Positions 1 through 11,054 of a stretch of 64,000 bases of DNA are shown here, piece by piece. The position numbers and the translations under genes are program-made. Under the pieces are notes generated by a model that ran no database searches, was not told where the DNA came from, and was given only the letters and a program-made list of their open reading frames with translations. The DNA is from Bdellovibrio sp. Lineage in GTDB: Bacteria > Bdellovibrionota > Bdellovibrionia > Bdellovibrionales > Bdellovibrionaceae. The stretch lies in assembly GCA_036676395.1 (NCBI GenBank), contig JAKFCY010000002.1, positions 2,048,001 to 2,112,000 on the forward strand, given 5' to 3'. How positions within the stretch are numbered: position 1 is the stretch's first letter; every line of letters begins with the position of its first letter.

Positions 1-487
1 AAATGTATTACAAATCCGGGTTCCAGCGCTTCGCGAACGTAAAGAAGATATTCCGTTGCTAGTTGAAAGTTTCATTCAAAAGTTTAGCGCCAGAAATAAT
101 TCTAAAGTAACCGGCATTTCTCCTGAAGCCATGGCCATTCTAATGGCACACCCTTGGCCTGGAAATGTACGAGAACTTGAGAATGTCATAGAGCGTGCGA
201 TGGTGTTAAGCCGTGGCGAACAAATCGAAAAAAATGTTGTTCTGGATAGCGCTTTAAGCGAAGCCAAAGATACAATAGATCAATTACAGACCGACCGCCC
301 TACTCTGGAAAAACTAGAAGAACGCTATATAAAATTAGTATTAAGTGAAACCGATTACAAAAAAGATGAAGCCGCCAAAGTTTTAGGACTCAGCCGTCGC
401 ACACTTTACCGCAAAGAAAGACTTTACGGGATGGTTTCAGAAGATTTGTCTGAAGAAATGGATGAAAATGATCACTCTAACAAATGA
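1..487 (+). CDS. Sigma54-dependent (NtrC/Fis-type) transcriptional activator, C-terminal part (5' end outside window)
   Basis: Frame open from window start (NVLQIRVPALRERKEDIPLL); HPWPGNVRELENVIERA motif; C-terminal Fis HTH (AAKVLGLSRRTLYRK). Confidence 0.92.
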   Translation, partial: NVLQIRVPALRERKEDIPLLVESFIQKFSARNNSKVTGISPEAMAILMAHPWPGNVRELENVIERAMVLSRGEQIEKNVVLDSALSEAKDTIDQLQTDRPTLEKLEERYIKLVLSETDYKKDEAAKVLGLSRRTLYRKERLYGMVSEDLSEEMDENDHSNK

Positions 488-1619
488 AGGTTTATCCTCG
501 AAGACTTTCGCACATCTTAAATCAGCTATCGACGAAGCGGCGATTGTGGCTATTACCGACAAACAGGGGCTTATTACCTACGTTAATAAAAAGTTCTGTG
601 ATATTTCTCAGTATTCAAGAGAAGAACTGATTGGCAAAACTCATCAGATTATTAATTCTCATTACCATCCCAAAGAATTTTTTTTAGAAATGTGGAAAAC
701 AATTTCTCAAGGTACCGTATGGGAAGGCGAAGTACGTAACCGCGCTAAAGACGGTAGCGTTTATTGGGTTAATACAACCATTGTTCCTTTTCTAGACGCT
801 GATGGAAAACCAGAACAATACGTCGCGGTTCGATATGAAATTACCAAAAGCAAACAATTTGAAGAACAATTAAAAATTTATGCGAAAAAACTTGAGGTCA
901 GCAACAAAGAACTTCAAGATTTTGCCTCGGTGGCTGCACATGATTTACAAGAACCACTCAGAAAAATTCAGTCTTTCTCAGATCGACTTGTAACTAAAGC
1001 CAAAGAACAACTGACTAAAGAAACCTTTGACTATGTTGATAGAATCCAGAATTCGGCCCACCGAATGCAAGTCTTGATTGATGATCTACTTACCTATTCA
1101 CGCGTGACCACAAAAAACGCACCCTTCTCTGTGATTAATTTAAATGACATCATCGCCCAAGTTGTTTCAGATCTTGAAGTTCGAATTGAACAAAGCCACG
1201 GCAAAGTTGTTTGGCAAAATCTTCCTTCACTAGAAGCTGACCCAACTCAAATGCGTCAGTTATTTCAAAACTTAATCAGCAATGCACTAAAGTTTAAAAA
1301 ATCTGACTTAAACCCATTAGTCACAGTATCTGCTAAGATCTTTGATAACTCACCCCTAGGACGCCCTGGCCCGGCCTGCCAAATCACTATTCAAGACAAT
1401 GGGATCGGTTTCGATGAAAAATACTTAGACCGTATCTTCACTATTTTTCAAAGGTTACATGGTCGCCATGAATACGAAGGCACAGGTATCGGCTTAGCGG
1501 TTTGTCGAAAAATCGTGGACCGCCATGGTGGATTCATTACTGCTGCATCGCTGCCTGATCAGGGTGCTACTTTTATTGTAACATTGCCGTTAAAACAAAA
1601 TTCTGGAGACTCAATATGA
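462..1619 (+). CDS. PAS-domain sensor histidine kinase
   Basis: PAS/PAC, H-box AHDLQEPLRK, N-box NLISNALKF, G-boxes DNGIGF and GTGIGL. Confidence 0.93.
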   Translation: MKMITLTNEGLSSKTFAHLKSAIDEAAIVAITDKQGLITYVNKKFCDISQYSREELIGKTHQIINSHYHPKEFFLEMWKTISQGTVWEGEVRNRAKDGSVYWVNTTIVPFLDADGKPEQYVAVRYEITKSKQFEEQLKIYAKKLEVSNKELQDFASVAAHDLQEPLRKIQSFSDRLVTKAKEQLTKETFDYVDRIQNSAHRMQVLIDDLLTYSRVTTKNAPFSVINLNDIIAQVVSDLEVRIEQSHGKVVWQNLPSLEADPTQMRQLFQNLISNALKFKKSDLNPLVTVSAKIFDNSPLGRPGPACQITIQDNGIGFDEKYLDRIFTIFQRLHGRHEYEGTGIGLAVCRKIVDRHGGFITAASLPDQGATFIVTLPLKQNSGDSI

Positions 1620-2083
1620 AAATAAAACCTAAAAGCAAAGTTCCTATTTTGGTCGCCGACGATGATTTAGACGATTGCCAAATGATTAAAGAAGCCCTTC
1701 AAGAAAGTCGTTTACTGAACGAAATACACTTCGTTCACGATGGCGAAGAACTGATGAATTACTTAAATCATCAGGGAAAATACACAGACCAGATAAAATA
1801 CCCACAACCCGGCTTAATTCTTTTAGATTTAAATATGCCAAAAAAAGATGGCCGAGAAGCTTTAAAAGAAATTAAGACAAACCCAGCCCTGCGACAGATT
1901 CCCGTTGTCGTATTGACTACGTCAAAAGCTGAAGAAGATATCTATCGCACTTATAATTTAGGAGTTAATTCTTTTATTACCAAGCCTATAGCTTTTAATT
2001 CTTTGGTTACGATTATGACCGAACTAGGTCGCTACTGGTTTGAAATTGTAGAGTTGCCTGAAGCACCACGTAAGGAATTCTAA
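1616..2083 (+). CDS. Single-domain response regulator (Rcp1-like)
   Basis: ILVADDD, LILLDLNMPKKDG, VVVLTTS, FITKP; ATGA overlap with upstream kinase. Confidence 0.93.
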   Translation: MKIKPKSKVPILVADDDLDDCQMIKEALQESRLLNEIHFVHDGEELMNYLNHQGKYTDQIKYPQPGLILLDLNMPKKDGREALKEIKTNPALRQIPVVVLTTSKAEEDIYRTYNLGVNSFITKPIAFNSLVTIMTELGRYWFEIVELPEAPRKEF

Positions 2084-3534
2084 TGGCGCACTTCAGAGTC
2101 TTGTTAATTGATGATGATGAAGATGAATTCATCAACATGCGTGATCTATTTCAGGAAATTACGACAAGTAAATACGAATTAACTTGGAAATCAAATTACA
2201 AAGACGGCCTGGCCTCGCTGCAAACGGGCAATTTTGATATATGCCTGCTGGATTATCGCCTTGGCGAACGCACAGGGCTAGAATTACTCAAAGAAGCCCA
2301 AGAAACGTCTCTTAACTGCCCTGTAATTTTATTAACTGGACATGGCGACAGAGACCTTGATCTTCAGGCCATGCAAATCGGTGCAGCTGAATATTTAATT
2401 AAAAAACAGTTAACAGCCCCTCTTCTTGAAAGAACACTTCGATACTCAATGAAGCATGCTATGGACATGGATGAACTTCATGACCAAAAAGAAAATTTTA
2501 AGACATTATTAAACTCTACTTTCGAAGCCATATTTGTTCTGAAAAATGAGATCGTTCAAGAGGTTAATTCAAGCGCTGGTGAAATCTTTGGCTATGAAAC
2601 TGGTGAAATGTTACACCAGTCTTTTTTTAAACTTATACGCCAAAGTGATATTGCTATGGCAAAATCAAAACTGAGCTTAGCCGAAAGAGTCCGCTTTGAA
2701 TGTGTCGGCATTCGAAAAGATAATTCAGAAATCTACATTGAAGTATCACATCGGTTAGTCACTTTGAAAAATTCTTCGTATACGCTAGTGGCCATTAAAG
2801 ATTTAACAGAAACTAAAATGATGGAAAGTCAGATTTTGCAGCAAGACAGGATGGCCTCATTGGGTTTACTGGCTTCAAGCTTAGCCCATGAAATTGGAAC
2901 CCCACTGGGAATCATTCGCAGTCGTGCAGAGCTGGCTGCCAAAAAATCTTCTGACAATACTTCTCTTAAGCAGGATATGGACAGTGTTGTCACCCAGATT
3001 GATCGAATTACTAAGCTAGTGAATTCACTTTTACATATTGCCCGCACCAACAACTCTGACCACGCAGCAACCGTTTCTCTGGCAAAAGTCAAAGATGACA
3101 TTATTAATCTAATTAAACACGAATTGGATCTTAAAAATATTAATCTTAAAATTTCGATTGCTGAAGATCTTCAGGTGAAAGCAGAAGCCGGGCCGCTTGG
3201 ACAAGTGCTTTTAAACTTACTCATTAATTCTGTGCATGCTATTGAAGAATCTAAAAAAAGTGCTCCAGAAAAACAGCACGAAATTTCGCTGGCAGCAATC
3301 TCTGATAACAAACATGTCTACATTTCAATTCGCGATACAGGCTGTGGCATCCCTGAAAAAAACATGTCTCAACTTTTTAAACCTTTCTTTACAACAAAGG
3401 ATATCGGGCAAGGCACAGGCTTAGGCTTGGCAACCTCGTACAAGCTGATTCACTCTTGGGGTGGAAAAATTTCGGCAAAAAGCAAAGTGTCAGAAGGTAC
3501 AACTTTTGAAATTGTGCTTTCTAAGATACGTTAA
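2083..3534 (+). CDS. Hybrid REC-PAS-histidine kinase
   Basis: N-terminal receiver (LLDYRL), PAS, H-box AHEIGTPL, FFTTK and GTGLGL. Confidence 0.92.
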   Translation: MAHFRVLLIDDDEDEFINMRDLFQEITTSKYELTWKSNYKDGLASLQTGNFDICLLDYRLGERTGLELLKEAQETSLNCPVILLTGHGDRDLDLQAMQIGAAEYLIKKQLTAPLLERTLRYSMKHAMDMDELHDQKENFKTLLNSTFEAIFVLKNEIVQEVNSSAGEIFGYETGEMLHQSFFKLIRQSDIAMAKSKLSLAERVRFECVGIRKDNSEIYIEVSHRLVTLKNSSYTLVAIKDLTETKMMESQILQQDRMASLGLLASSLAHEIGTPLGIIRSRAELAAKKSSDNTSLKQDMDSVVTQIDRITKLVNSLLHIARTNNSDHAATVSLAKVKDDIINLIKHELDLKNINLKISIAEDLQVKAEAGPLGQVLLNLLINSVHAIEESKKSAPEKQHEISLAAISDNKHVYISIRDTGCGIPEKNMSQLFKPFFTTKDIGQGTGLGLATSYKLIHSWGGKISAKSKVSEGTTFEIVLSKIR

Positions 3535-3602
3535 GAAAAACCGTTTTTATTCATGACAAACTGGGCTTTGACGCCATCGCATAATTTCGACATTATGGAT
3601 TT

Positions 3603-4682
3603 ATGAGCTTACCAACTCTTAAAAAGATCATCCATGTCGACATGGATGCATTTTATGCTTCTGTTGAACAGCGTGATCACCCAGAATACAAGGGTAAACC
3701 CGTAGCTGTCGGTTACGCCGGTGCACGCGGCGTTGTGGCTGCGGCCAGTTATGAAGCCCGAAAATTTGGTGTGCGATCAGCTATGGCTTCGGCGACAGCA
3801 CTTCGCAAATGCCCGTCTTTGGTTTTTCTTCCTACACGCTTTGATGTTTACAAATCTATTTCAAAACAAATTCACGAAATTTTTTCTGAATACACTTCAT
3901 TAATTGAGCCTCTTTCGCTTGATGAGGCCTATCTTGATGTTACAGAAAATATTAAAGGCTTAAAATCAGCCACTGTCACGGCTGAAGAAATTCGCCGGCG
4001 TATTTTTGATGCCACCAAACTTACCGCTTCAGCTGGCATTTCATACAATAAATTTTTAGCTAAGATTGCCTCTGATATTAAGAAACCTAATGGTCAGTTT
4101 ACAATTCTGCCTTCGCAAGGCGAAGAATTTATTGAAAAACTAAAGATCGAAAAATTTTATGGTATTGGCCCTGTAACTGCAAAAAAAATGAAAGGCTTAG
4201 GTATTCATAACGGGGCTGATCTTAAAAAACAGTCGCTGCTATTTTTAAAAACTCATTTTGGAAAAACCGGTGAATGGTATTATGCCATCGCCCGCGGTGA
4301 AGATGATCGCCGCGTTGAGCCAGACCGCCCGCGCAAATCATACAGTTCTGAAAATACTTTTGCCGCTGATTTATTTGAACAGGCTGAGGTTACTAAAGAA
4401 GCTTTAAAGTTGATGGATGAAGCCTGGCTCTGGAGTGAAAAAAATAAAATCTTTGGCCGAACCGTGACGATTAAAATTAAATTCAGCGATTTTAAACAGA
4501 TTACACGTTCTCGCAGCCTTACTGTTCAAATTGACTCCAGAGACGTCATTGAAAAATTAATTATAGAATTAATTCAAGGAATATTTCCGCTGGAGTTAGG
4601 CATTCGTTTAATCGGTGTAGGTCTTTCAAACTTTGATCATATTGAAGAAGAAATTACAAGTCAGTTAAGTCTTCTTACTTAA
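3603..4682 (+). CDS. dinB: DNA polymerase IV
   Basis: IIHVDMDAFYASVE, SYEARKFGVRSAM, SLDEAYLD, KFLAKIASD Y-family motifs. Confidence 0.97.
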   Translation: MSLPTLKKIIHVDMDAFYASVEQRDHPEYKGKPVAVGYAGARGVVAAASYEARKFGVRSAMASATALRKCPSLVFLPTRFDVYKSISKQIHEIFSEYTSLIEPLSLDEAYLDVTENIKGLKSATVTAEEIRRRIFDATKLTASAGISYNKFLAKIASDIKKPNGQFTILPSQGEEFIEKLKIEKFYGIGPVTAKKMKGLGIHNGADLKKQSLLFLKTHFGKTGEWYYAIARGEDDRRVEPDRPRKSYSSENTFAADLFEQAEVTKEALKLMDEAWLWSEKNKIFGRTVTIKIKFSDFKQITRSRSLTVQIDSRDVIEKLIIELIQGIFPLELGIRLIGVGLSNFDHIEEEITSQLSLLT

Positions 4683-7600
4683 CTTTGACACAAACTTTCG
4701 ATTTTGGATGCAGTTCGCAAAGTGCTGATTTTAGTTCGGCAGCTTGCGATTCGGCTTTAATCGCTCGCGAAGAAGCGTCTTCAGCAATATTTCTAAGTTG
4801 AGCATTTTCAGCCTTTATCTTAGCAATCTCTGAGTGAATCTCATGCGAATCGTGAAACCAGACACTGTAGAACTCTTTCAATGCATTGATCAGAAGGGGA
4901 ATAATTTCAACGTACTTAACACCTAACATGCCGTTGGATTTTCGCTCAATCGCTTCAGGTAAAACTTTTTCAACGTCTTGGGCAATCACACCCACGCGAC
5001 GAGGAGCAGACTCAGAATCAGTGTTGTAAAGATAAGTCATCCCATTTAGCTGCAGAGCTTTTTCAAGAGCTGATTCAATCGGGCGAATATGTTTTTTAAG
5101 ACGGCGATCAGAGTTAGCAGCCCAACTTGTACCACCGTTACTCATCCACTGCCCCGTGCCTGAGCCATTGTAAATAATAAAGCTTCCAGTTCCACCTTCA
5201 GGCCCGACTGACCACGAAGCCGTTGGATTCGATAACTTAAGTGGCGTACCGCTCGAATGAGCATGTAAAATTGCTCCCGGATTAGTAAGGCCAATACCAA
5301 CCTCACCAGTTGAGTGCTCGACATAAACCTTACCGTCAGCAAGATAAACATCACCACTGGCATTGTTTACACTCATTGGTCTTAAAGTATTCCACGTGCC
5401 ATACTGATTTCCTGAAGCTGTTAACAGTGGCATATAGGTATTAACGCCATCATTTCTGATCATGGCTGCGTAATTGCCGCCAATAGCCCGAAAATTCGCA
5501 TAGGTGCCTAGTGCCGCAACGACTTCGCCATTTACATCCAACTTTTGTTGCGGTGATGTTTTACCTATACCGACATTACCACCAGCGTCTTGTAAAACTA
5601 AGGCCTGACTCACGTTCGAACCAATTGACATAAAAGCATTTGCTGGGGTGGCGTTATAAGTCCATTTAATACGTCCACGATTGGTCGCATCTTGTCCTAA
5701 TGTAAATAGAGTATTTGCGTTTGCACTTCCAAGAGTTATTGAACTAAGAGGATTTGCCATTGCACCTAAATCTGCACCAACAGAAAGAATATTTGCAGGC
5801 GATGATGTACTCACACCGACATAACCGGCCGGAGTAATAACCATCGAAGGGTTAACATGACCGGAGTTTACACCATTTTGATCTGCATTTAAGTATAAAT
5901 AACTTAACGTACTGCTTGTAGCCAGAGCACCAAAGCTACCAAGTTTTGAACCACCATAACCTAAAGAAAACTCTCTGGCCCAGCTTCCAGAGTATGTATT
6001 TGAAGTATCAATATACGCGCCATATGTTGGACCACTGTACCCTAACCGAACTGCACCACCTGAAGTTCCCGCACTAATATCTAGCTGTGCAGCAGGTGCC
6101 GTCGTACCTATTCCGATGTTACCTGAACTTCCGGCAATAAATAATCTTGTCGTGTCGTTCGCAAACAAATGAAAATTATTTAAATTTTTTGTTCCTAAGA
6201 ATAAATCAGCTTCGGCGGCAATGGTATTTCCATCGAAGTTAAGTGAAGTTCCTGAGGCTTCTTGCACACGCATGACAGCGTTGTTTAAATTCAGCGAGCC
6301 CACTGAGCCCATCGTTGTGGATTCTAAAACATGAAGTCTTGTGGCTGGCGCGGACGTACCAATACCGACATTACCCGGAGATCGAATGACCATCCATTCT
6401 TTATCCAGAGAATCAGTTGTGGTGTGCCCACGAAAAACAAAGCCCCCATCAGTAGCTCCACTAGTTGAATTGCCATCCTGCATTTCTAAAACTATTGCAT
6501 CCAGGTTTGAACCGAAATAATTCGAATCACCCAACAGCCTAAACCCCTCGCCCATATTTGCAAAAATATTACCTGCAACATGTAGTTTTTCAGATGGCGC
6601 TGCTGTACCAACACCGACATCACCGGTTATGTAATTTATGCTAGTTCCAGAAGTATTCCATTGCGAAGATGTAAATGATCCACTCGCAGCTGGTGTATAA
6701 CCAAGTGCTGTAGTCACATCACCTGCGGCTAATGCTGCTGATGAAGTTACGCGCCCTTTAGCATTAACTGTTACTTTTGTGTATGTACCGGCCGTGACGC
6801 CACTGTTAGACAATACCAGTGTATTACTTGCCGCAGCTTTTGTTACATCACCTATGTAGGCCGGAGTTCTTGCAATAGCCAATGTTCCTGTTGCAGAAGC
6901 TGAACCTAAATCTATTGTTGAAGCCGTAGCAAATGTTCCTAATCCTAAATTTGTTCGTGCGGCCACGCTTGAAGCCAGATCACTTAAGTTATTGGCCTTG
7001 ACTAAATAATTTCCAAGAGCAGTTGCGCTTGCTGGCACATAACCTAGCACCTGCGCAACTGAGGCTGCGCTAGAAGTGATTTTATTACTAAACGTTGTAT
7101 AATCTGTATTTGATAAAAGACCCGCAGTTACAGAACCTGCCGAAGCTAATGGAATATTTAATCTATGGATTCCATTAGTTGTTACAAATGCCGGGGCAGT
7201 GCCCGTAGTTCCGTTTGCAAAACTTTGTGTTGCACTTGCTGAACCATTTAATGATTGCAGACCTTCACCCGATACGCCAAAGGCTGCCCAGGTTGTGCCA
7301 TCACAAAATTCTACATTGCCTGCGTTATAACGTAAGGTACCTGCGTAACTGACAGCACATATTGCTGATTCCATACTGATCTTTACACCACCACTGACAA
7401 CTAACTTTGTCACCGGAGCTGTAGTGCCAATGCCCACATTGCCTGTTGAAGTAATGCGAATTTTTTCTGTTCCCGAAGTTGAAAAACCTAATTCATTACT
7501 GCCACCAGAAGAATTTGGATTAAACATTCCCGTATCAGAATCCACATTAAACGCATACGAAGGCTGAGCTGCATTACCACCGGTAAAATAAATTTGCGGA

Positions 7601-10600
7601 CCCGCGCCCCCGGCATTAAAACTTAAACTGGAGCCAGACCAAGTTCCTTTAAGCGCACCTGCTACAGAAAAACCTAAATATCCGCCGGCATTGTACAGAC
7701 CTGTATTTGGATCACTTGCAAAAGTGATTGATGGCGAATTAAATGCGCCGTTACCTGCATATAGTTTATTTACTTTGACTGTACCGCTAACGTCTAAAGT
7801 TTGTGATGGATTAACTACACCAAGACCAACATTGCCTGTGTTATAAAATATAGACGTTGCACTTGTTGTCCATTGCGAAATTGTGAATGATCCACTTGCA
7901 GCTGGTGTATATCCAAGTGCCGTGGTTACATCACTTGATGCTAATGCCGCTGATGATGTTACACGGCCTTTTACATCGACTGTTACTTTTGTATATGTTC
8001 CGGCCGTAACACCGCTGTTAGATAACACCAGAGTATTACTGGCTGCTGCTTTTGTTACATCACCTGTATAACCTGGAGTTCTTGCAATTGCCAAAGTTCC
8101 TGTTGCACTTGCTGAACCTAAATCTATTGTTGAAGCCGTAGCAAATGTACCTAACCCTAAATTAGTTCGCGCTGCCGCATTTGAAGTAAGATCACTTAAG
8201 TTATTTGCTTTTACTAAATAACTTCCAAGTGCTGTTGCACTTGCTGGCACATAACCTAGCACCTGCGCAATAGATGCAGCTGATGAAGTAATTTTTCCTG
8301 CGAAATTTGCATAATCTGCATTTGAAATTAAGCCAGCCGTTGTTGTTCCCACCGATGCGAAAGGAATATTTAATGTATGAATTCCATTCAGCGTAGCAAA
8401 CCCAGGGGCAGTGCCCGTAGTTCCGTTTGCAAAACTTTGTGTTCCACTTGCTGAACCATTTAACGATTGAAGACCTGCACCTGATACCCCAAAGGCTACC
8501 CACGTTGTGCCATCACAAAATTCTACATTGCCAGCGTTATAACGTAATGTACCTGCGTAACTGACAGCACATGTTGCTGACTCCATACCAATGCGTAACC
8601 CACCATTCACATCTAATTTTGTAACTGGTGAACTCCAGCCAATACCGACATGACCTGTGTCAGCTAACTTCAAATAACCCGCGATATTTTGTAATTGCAC
8701 AGCGCCCGAAGTATGTTGCGAGTATATAGTAAAAGCTTTACTGCCTGCCGTTGGATACCCTACATAACCAGTGCGCATCGTAGAGCTTGCAGCGTGGGTA
8801 TAGAATTCTAAATAACCATGATCTGCCGGTGCGGTATTAAAAGCTGCAATGGCAGGAGCATTACTTTGCACATCTAATCTTCGCGTTGGATTGCTCGTTC
8901 CAACACCCATGTTGCCTGACAGGTTTATAGTAACCAGAGGCGTTGCTAAACCACGAGTTGTGCCGCTGGCATAAAATCTAAAACCGCCACTCGCGTCACC
9001 ATTAGAATCTGCGATAAATTCAACATAACCAGTATCGCGTATTAAAGTACCTGAGCCATCCCAAATAATATCGCGCGGAATGGTTGTAGAGTTGGGTATC
9101 AAACCTATACCTTTACCGCTTGTTGCAATTCTAATATCTCCATTCGCAACTTCAAGCCGCGATTCTGGTGATGCTGTTCCAATGCCGACATTGCCAGCTA
9201 TGTAATTTATTGTAGTTCCCGAAGTATTCCATTGCGACGAGGTAAACGATCCACTCGCTGCTGGTGTATAACCAAGAGTCGTAATAATCGCCGCACTTGT
9301 AGCCGCTTGTTTATTATTAAAAATATTCCAGTCACTTGCTGATAAATATCCGTTATCAGTTGAATTAGCTTGCGCGATGGACAATGTCGGATTTGAACCA
9401 CCGGTGCTGCTGATCGGACCAGTTACTGTAATTGAAGCCACTGTGCCGCTGGCTCCAGCATCAAAAACACAAGCAAAGCCTGAACCATTAAAAGTTATGT
9501 AATGATTGCCCGCACAAGTTGGAATACTGCGGTTCACATATTTTGAACCATCATATTGAAGAATGTCATTCGCTGTTAAGCTGCTCACCGTGACCGATAC
9601 CCCTTGGATACGATTCACAGTGATGTTTGAAATAATTCCTGAAATATCTCCGGCAAAAGCTGAAGTTGTGCTTAAAACTGTATTTGGTAAGTCAGACAAC
9701 AATAATGTAGTGGCTCCGCTGGTTACGCGGCCCTTGTTGTCTGTGATAACTTTGAAATAAGTTCCGGCAGTTCCGATGTTAGCTAATCCCAGCGCTGGCG
9801 TAGATCCACCCGTTGAAGTGATTTCATTCAAAGTGCCTGACACACTGGTCACCGCACCAGTTGCTGAATCTATCCAAGATAAATTTCCAGTTCCATCAGT
9901 CGATAAGACTTGCCCTGTGGTACCACTGGTTGCTGGTAAAATTAAAGTGTAATTTGCACTCAGGCTTGTTGGCGCCTGCAGTCTGATGTTAAAACTTGTA
10001 CTTGGTTTGTAAATATCAACGTAATTGGTTTTTGTGCTATTTGCAAAAATATCATTTGCGGTGAAGTTTCCTGAACTATCACGTCTTACTAATGTGTTAA
10101 CAGAATTTGCCGCAGAAGCTACGGCATCAATTTGCGCCGTCACTGCCGCACCGCTGACTGGAGCATAACCTAATGTAGTTATAATTTCTGTACTGCTTGC
10201 ACCAAGCTTTGTTTTAAATTCGGCATAATCCAGAGATGTTAAATATCCATCATTTGACATTGATGCGGCCATGATACTGATCACCGGCGCTGATGCTGTT
10301 CCACCTGTAGTCAAAACCGTTCCGCTTGTGGTTACACTTGAAATTCCGCTGCTGCTTACACCAACTGGAATACAACTAAAACTAACACCGTTAAATTTAA
10401 TGGCTTCATTACTTTGGCAGCTGAGCGAAGCTAATGATGAATATTCAACAAACTCTGAATCAGATTTTCCGTTAAGTAGAGTTGTGTTTCCAGCCTTAGC
10501 GGCATACATCGCATAAGGTACCGCATTGATGGCCATTGCCGGCAATGTTTGCCAGCCGCTACTGTCTTGAAATTGCATCACAATTTTTCTAGCATCAGTC

Positions 10601-10959
10601 GCCGTCGGATTATAAATTCCTGGCGATTGACACGGAAATGAAACTGTCGAGTTATCAAACACTGATGCAAATGTTGTTGCACTGACTGGATACGATCTGG
10701 TTCCTGCGCCGAGGGTAAATGAAATAAGGCCGCCAGTACCAGTCATGTTTACTGCTGCATAATTTTCAACGTATAAAACACAAGAGGCCGCAGGGTCTAA
10801 AATTGTAAATCGAAAATTAACATTAGCCGCTTCAAGAGGATAGCCATCTGGCTTAACAATTTTGGCCTGGTATGTTGTACGTAATGGAGTGGCAAGCACC
10901 AGCGTTGCTGACAATAAAATAGCCGTAGATAGAATGATTTTTACGAGCTGACGAACCAC
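4675..10959 (-). CDS. Phage-tail-fibre-like trimeric adhesin (MAT family) with C-terminal peptidase S74 autochaperone
   Basis: Signal peptide; base domain TTYQAKIVKPDGYPLE; repeated GNVGIGT..P...L.V motifs; SDRRLKK...GVIAQDVE S74 domain followed by a coiled coil. Confidence 0.9.
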   Translation of the reverse strand: MVRQLVKIILSTAILLSATLVLATPLRTTYQAKIVKPDGYPLEAANVNFRFTILDPAASCVLYVENYAAVNMTGTGGLISFTLGAGTRSYPVSATTFASVFDNSTVSFPCQSPGIYNPTATDARKIVMQFQDSSGWQTLPAMAINAVPYAMYAAKAGNTTLLNGKSDSEFVEYSSLASLSCQSNEAIKFNGVSFSCIPVGVSSSGISSVTTSGTVLTTGGTASAPVISIMAASMSNDGYLTSLDYAEFKTKLGASSTEIITTLGYAPVSGAAVTAQIDAVASAANSVNTLVRRDSSGNFTANDIFANSTKTNYVDIYKPSTSFNIRLQAPTSLSANYTLILPATSGTTGQVLSTDGTGNLSWIDSATGAVTSVSGTLNEITSTGGSTPALGLANIGTAGTYFKVITDNKGRVTSGATTLLLSDLPNTVLSTTSAFAGDISGIISNITVNRIQGVSVTVSSLTANDILQYDGSKYVNRSIPTCAGNHYITFNGSGFACVFDAGASGTVASITVTGPISSTGGSNPTLSIAQANSTDNGYLSASDWNIFNNKQAATSAAIITTLGYTPAASGSFTSSQWNTSGTTINYIAGNVGIGTASPESRLEVANGDIRIATSGKGIGLIPNSTTIPRDIIWDGSGTLIRDTGYVEFIADSNGDASGGFRFYASGTTRGLATPLVTINLSGNMGVGTSNPTRRLDVQSNAPAIAAFNTAPADHGYLEFYTHAASSTMRTGYVGYPTAGSKAFTIYSQHTSGAVQLQNIAGYLKLADTGHVGIGWSSPVTKLDVNGGLRIGMESATCAVSYAGTLRYNAGNVEFCDGTTWVAFGVSGAGLQSLNGSASGTQSFANGTTGTAPGFATLNGIHTLNIPFASVGTTTAGLISNADYANFAGKITSSAASIAQVLGYVPASATALGSYLVKANNLSDLTSNAAARTNLGLGTFATASTIDLGSASATGTLAIARTPGYTGDVTKAAASNTLVLSNSGVTAGTYTKVTVDVKGRVTSSAALASSDVTTALGYTPAASGSFTISQWTTSATSIFYNTGNVGLGVVNPSQTLDVSGTVKVNKLYAGNGAFNSPSITFASDPNTGLYNAGGYLGFSVAGALKGTWSGSSLSFNAGGAGPQIYFTGGNAAQPSYAFNVDSDTGMFNPNSSGGSNELGFSTSGTEKIRITSTGNVGIGTTAPVTKLVVSGGVKISMESAICAVSYAGTLRYNAGNVEFCDGTTWAAFGVSGEGLQSLNGSASATQSFANGTTGTAPAFVTTNGIHRLNIPLASAGSVTAGLLSNTDYTTFSNKITSSAASVAQVLGYVPASATALGNYLVKANNLSDLASSVAARTNLGLGTFATASTIDLGSASATGTLAIARTPAYIGDVTKAAASNTLVLSNSGVTAGTYTKVTVNAKGRVTSSAALAAGDVTTALGYTPAASGSFTSSQWNTSGTSINYITGDVGVGTAAPSEKLHVAGNIFANMGEGFRLLGDSNYFGSNLDAIVLEMQDGNSTSGATDGGFVFRGHTTTDSLDKEWMVIRSPGNVGIGTSAPATRLHVLESTTMGSVGSLNLNNAVMRVQEASGTSLNFDGNTIAAEADLFLGTKNLNNFHLFANDTTRLFIAGSSGNIGIGTTAPAAQLDISAGTSGGAVRLGYSGPTYGAYIDTSNTYSGSWAREFSLGYGGSKLGSFGALATSSTLSYLYLNADQNGVNSGHVNPSMVITPAGYVGVSTSSPANILSVGADLGAMANPLSSITLGSANANTLFTLGQDATNRGRIKWTYNATPANAFMSIGSNVSQALVLQDAGGNVGIGKTSPQQKLDVNGEVVAALGTYANFRAIGGNYAAMIRNDGVNTYMPLLTASGNQYGTWNTLRPMSVNNASGDVYLADGKVYVEHSTGEVGIGLTNPGAILHAHSSGTPLKLSNPTASWSVGPEGGTGSFIIYNGSGTGQWMSNGGTSWAANSDRRLKKHIRPIESALEKALQLNGMTYLYNTDSESAPRRVGVIAQDVEKVLPEAIERKSNGMLGVKYVEIIPLLINALKEFYSVWFHDSHEIHSEIAKIKAENAQLRNIAEDASSRAIKAESQAAELKSALCELHPKSKVCVKVK
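6640..8657 (-). repeat. Intragenic tandem module duplication, period 1212 nt
   Basis: gtgccatcacaaaattctacattgcc at 7295 and 8507; ccattgcgaa at 6658 and 7870; offset 1212 at both ends. Confidence 0.9.
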
Positions 10960-10965
10960 ATATAC

Positions 10966-10993
10966 ATATCGGTATAGAATGAAAATTCCATAA
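10966..10993 (-). promoter_or_regulatory. Putative sigma28 (FliA) promoter of fibre gene 1
   Basis: Minus strand TATG-N15-ACCGATAT, 6 nt before the GTG start. Confidence 0.65.
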
Positions 10994-11054
10994 TGACCTC
11001 TGTCGATTTTCTGAGCGAAAAAAGCATATTTTTTTAAATTATTTCTTATTTAAA

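Noticed and set aside
9590..9603. gtgaccgatacccc in fibre gene 1 matches the internal transposase repeat (14 nt)
   Set aside because: It lies in frame within the coding sequence (GVSVT) with no hairpin partner; a single 14-mer match among all possible pairs is plausibly chance.
4675..10959. Prophage tail region
   Set aside because: The fibres carry Sec signal peptides and host-type promoters; no capsid, terminase or integrase genes nearby.
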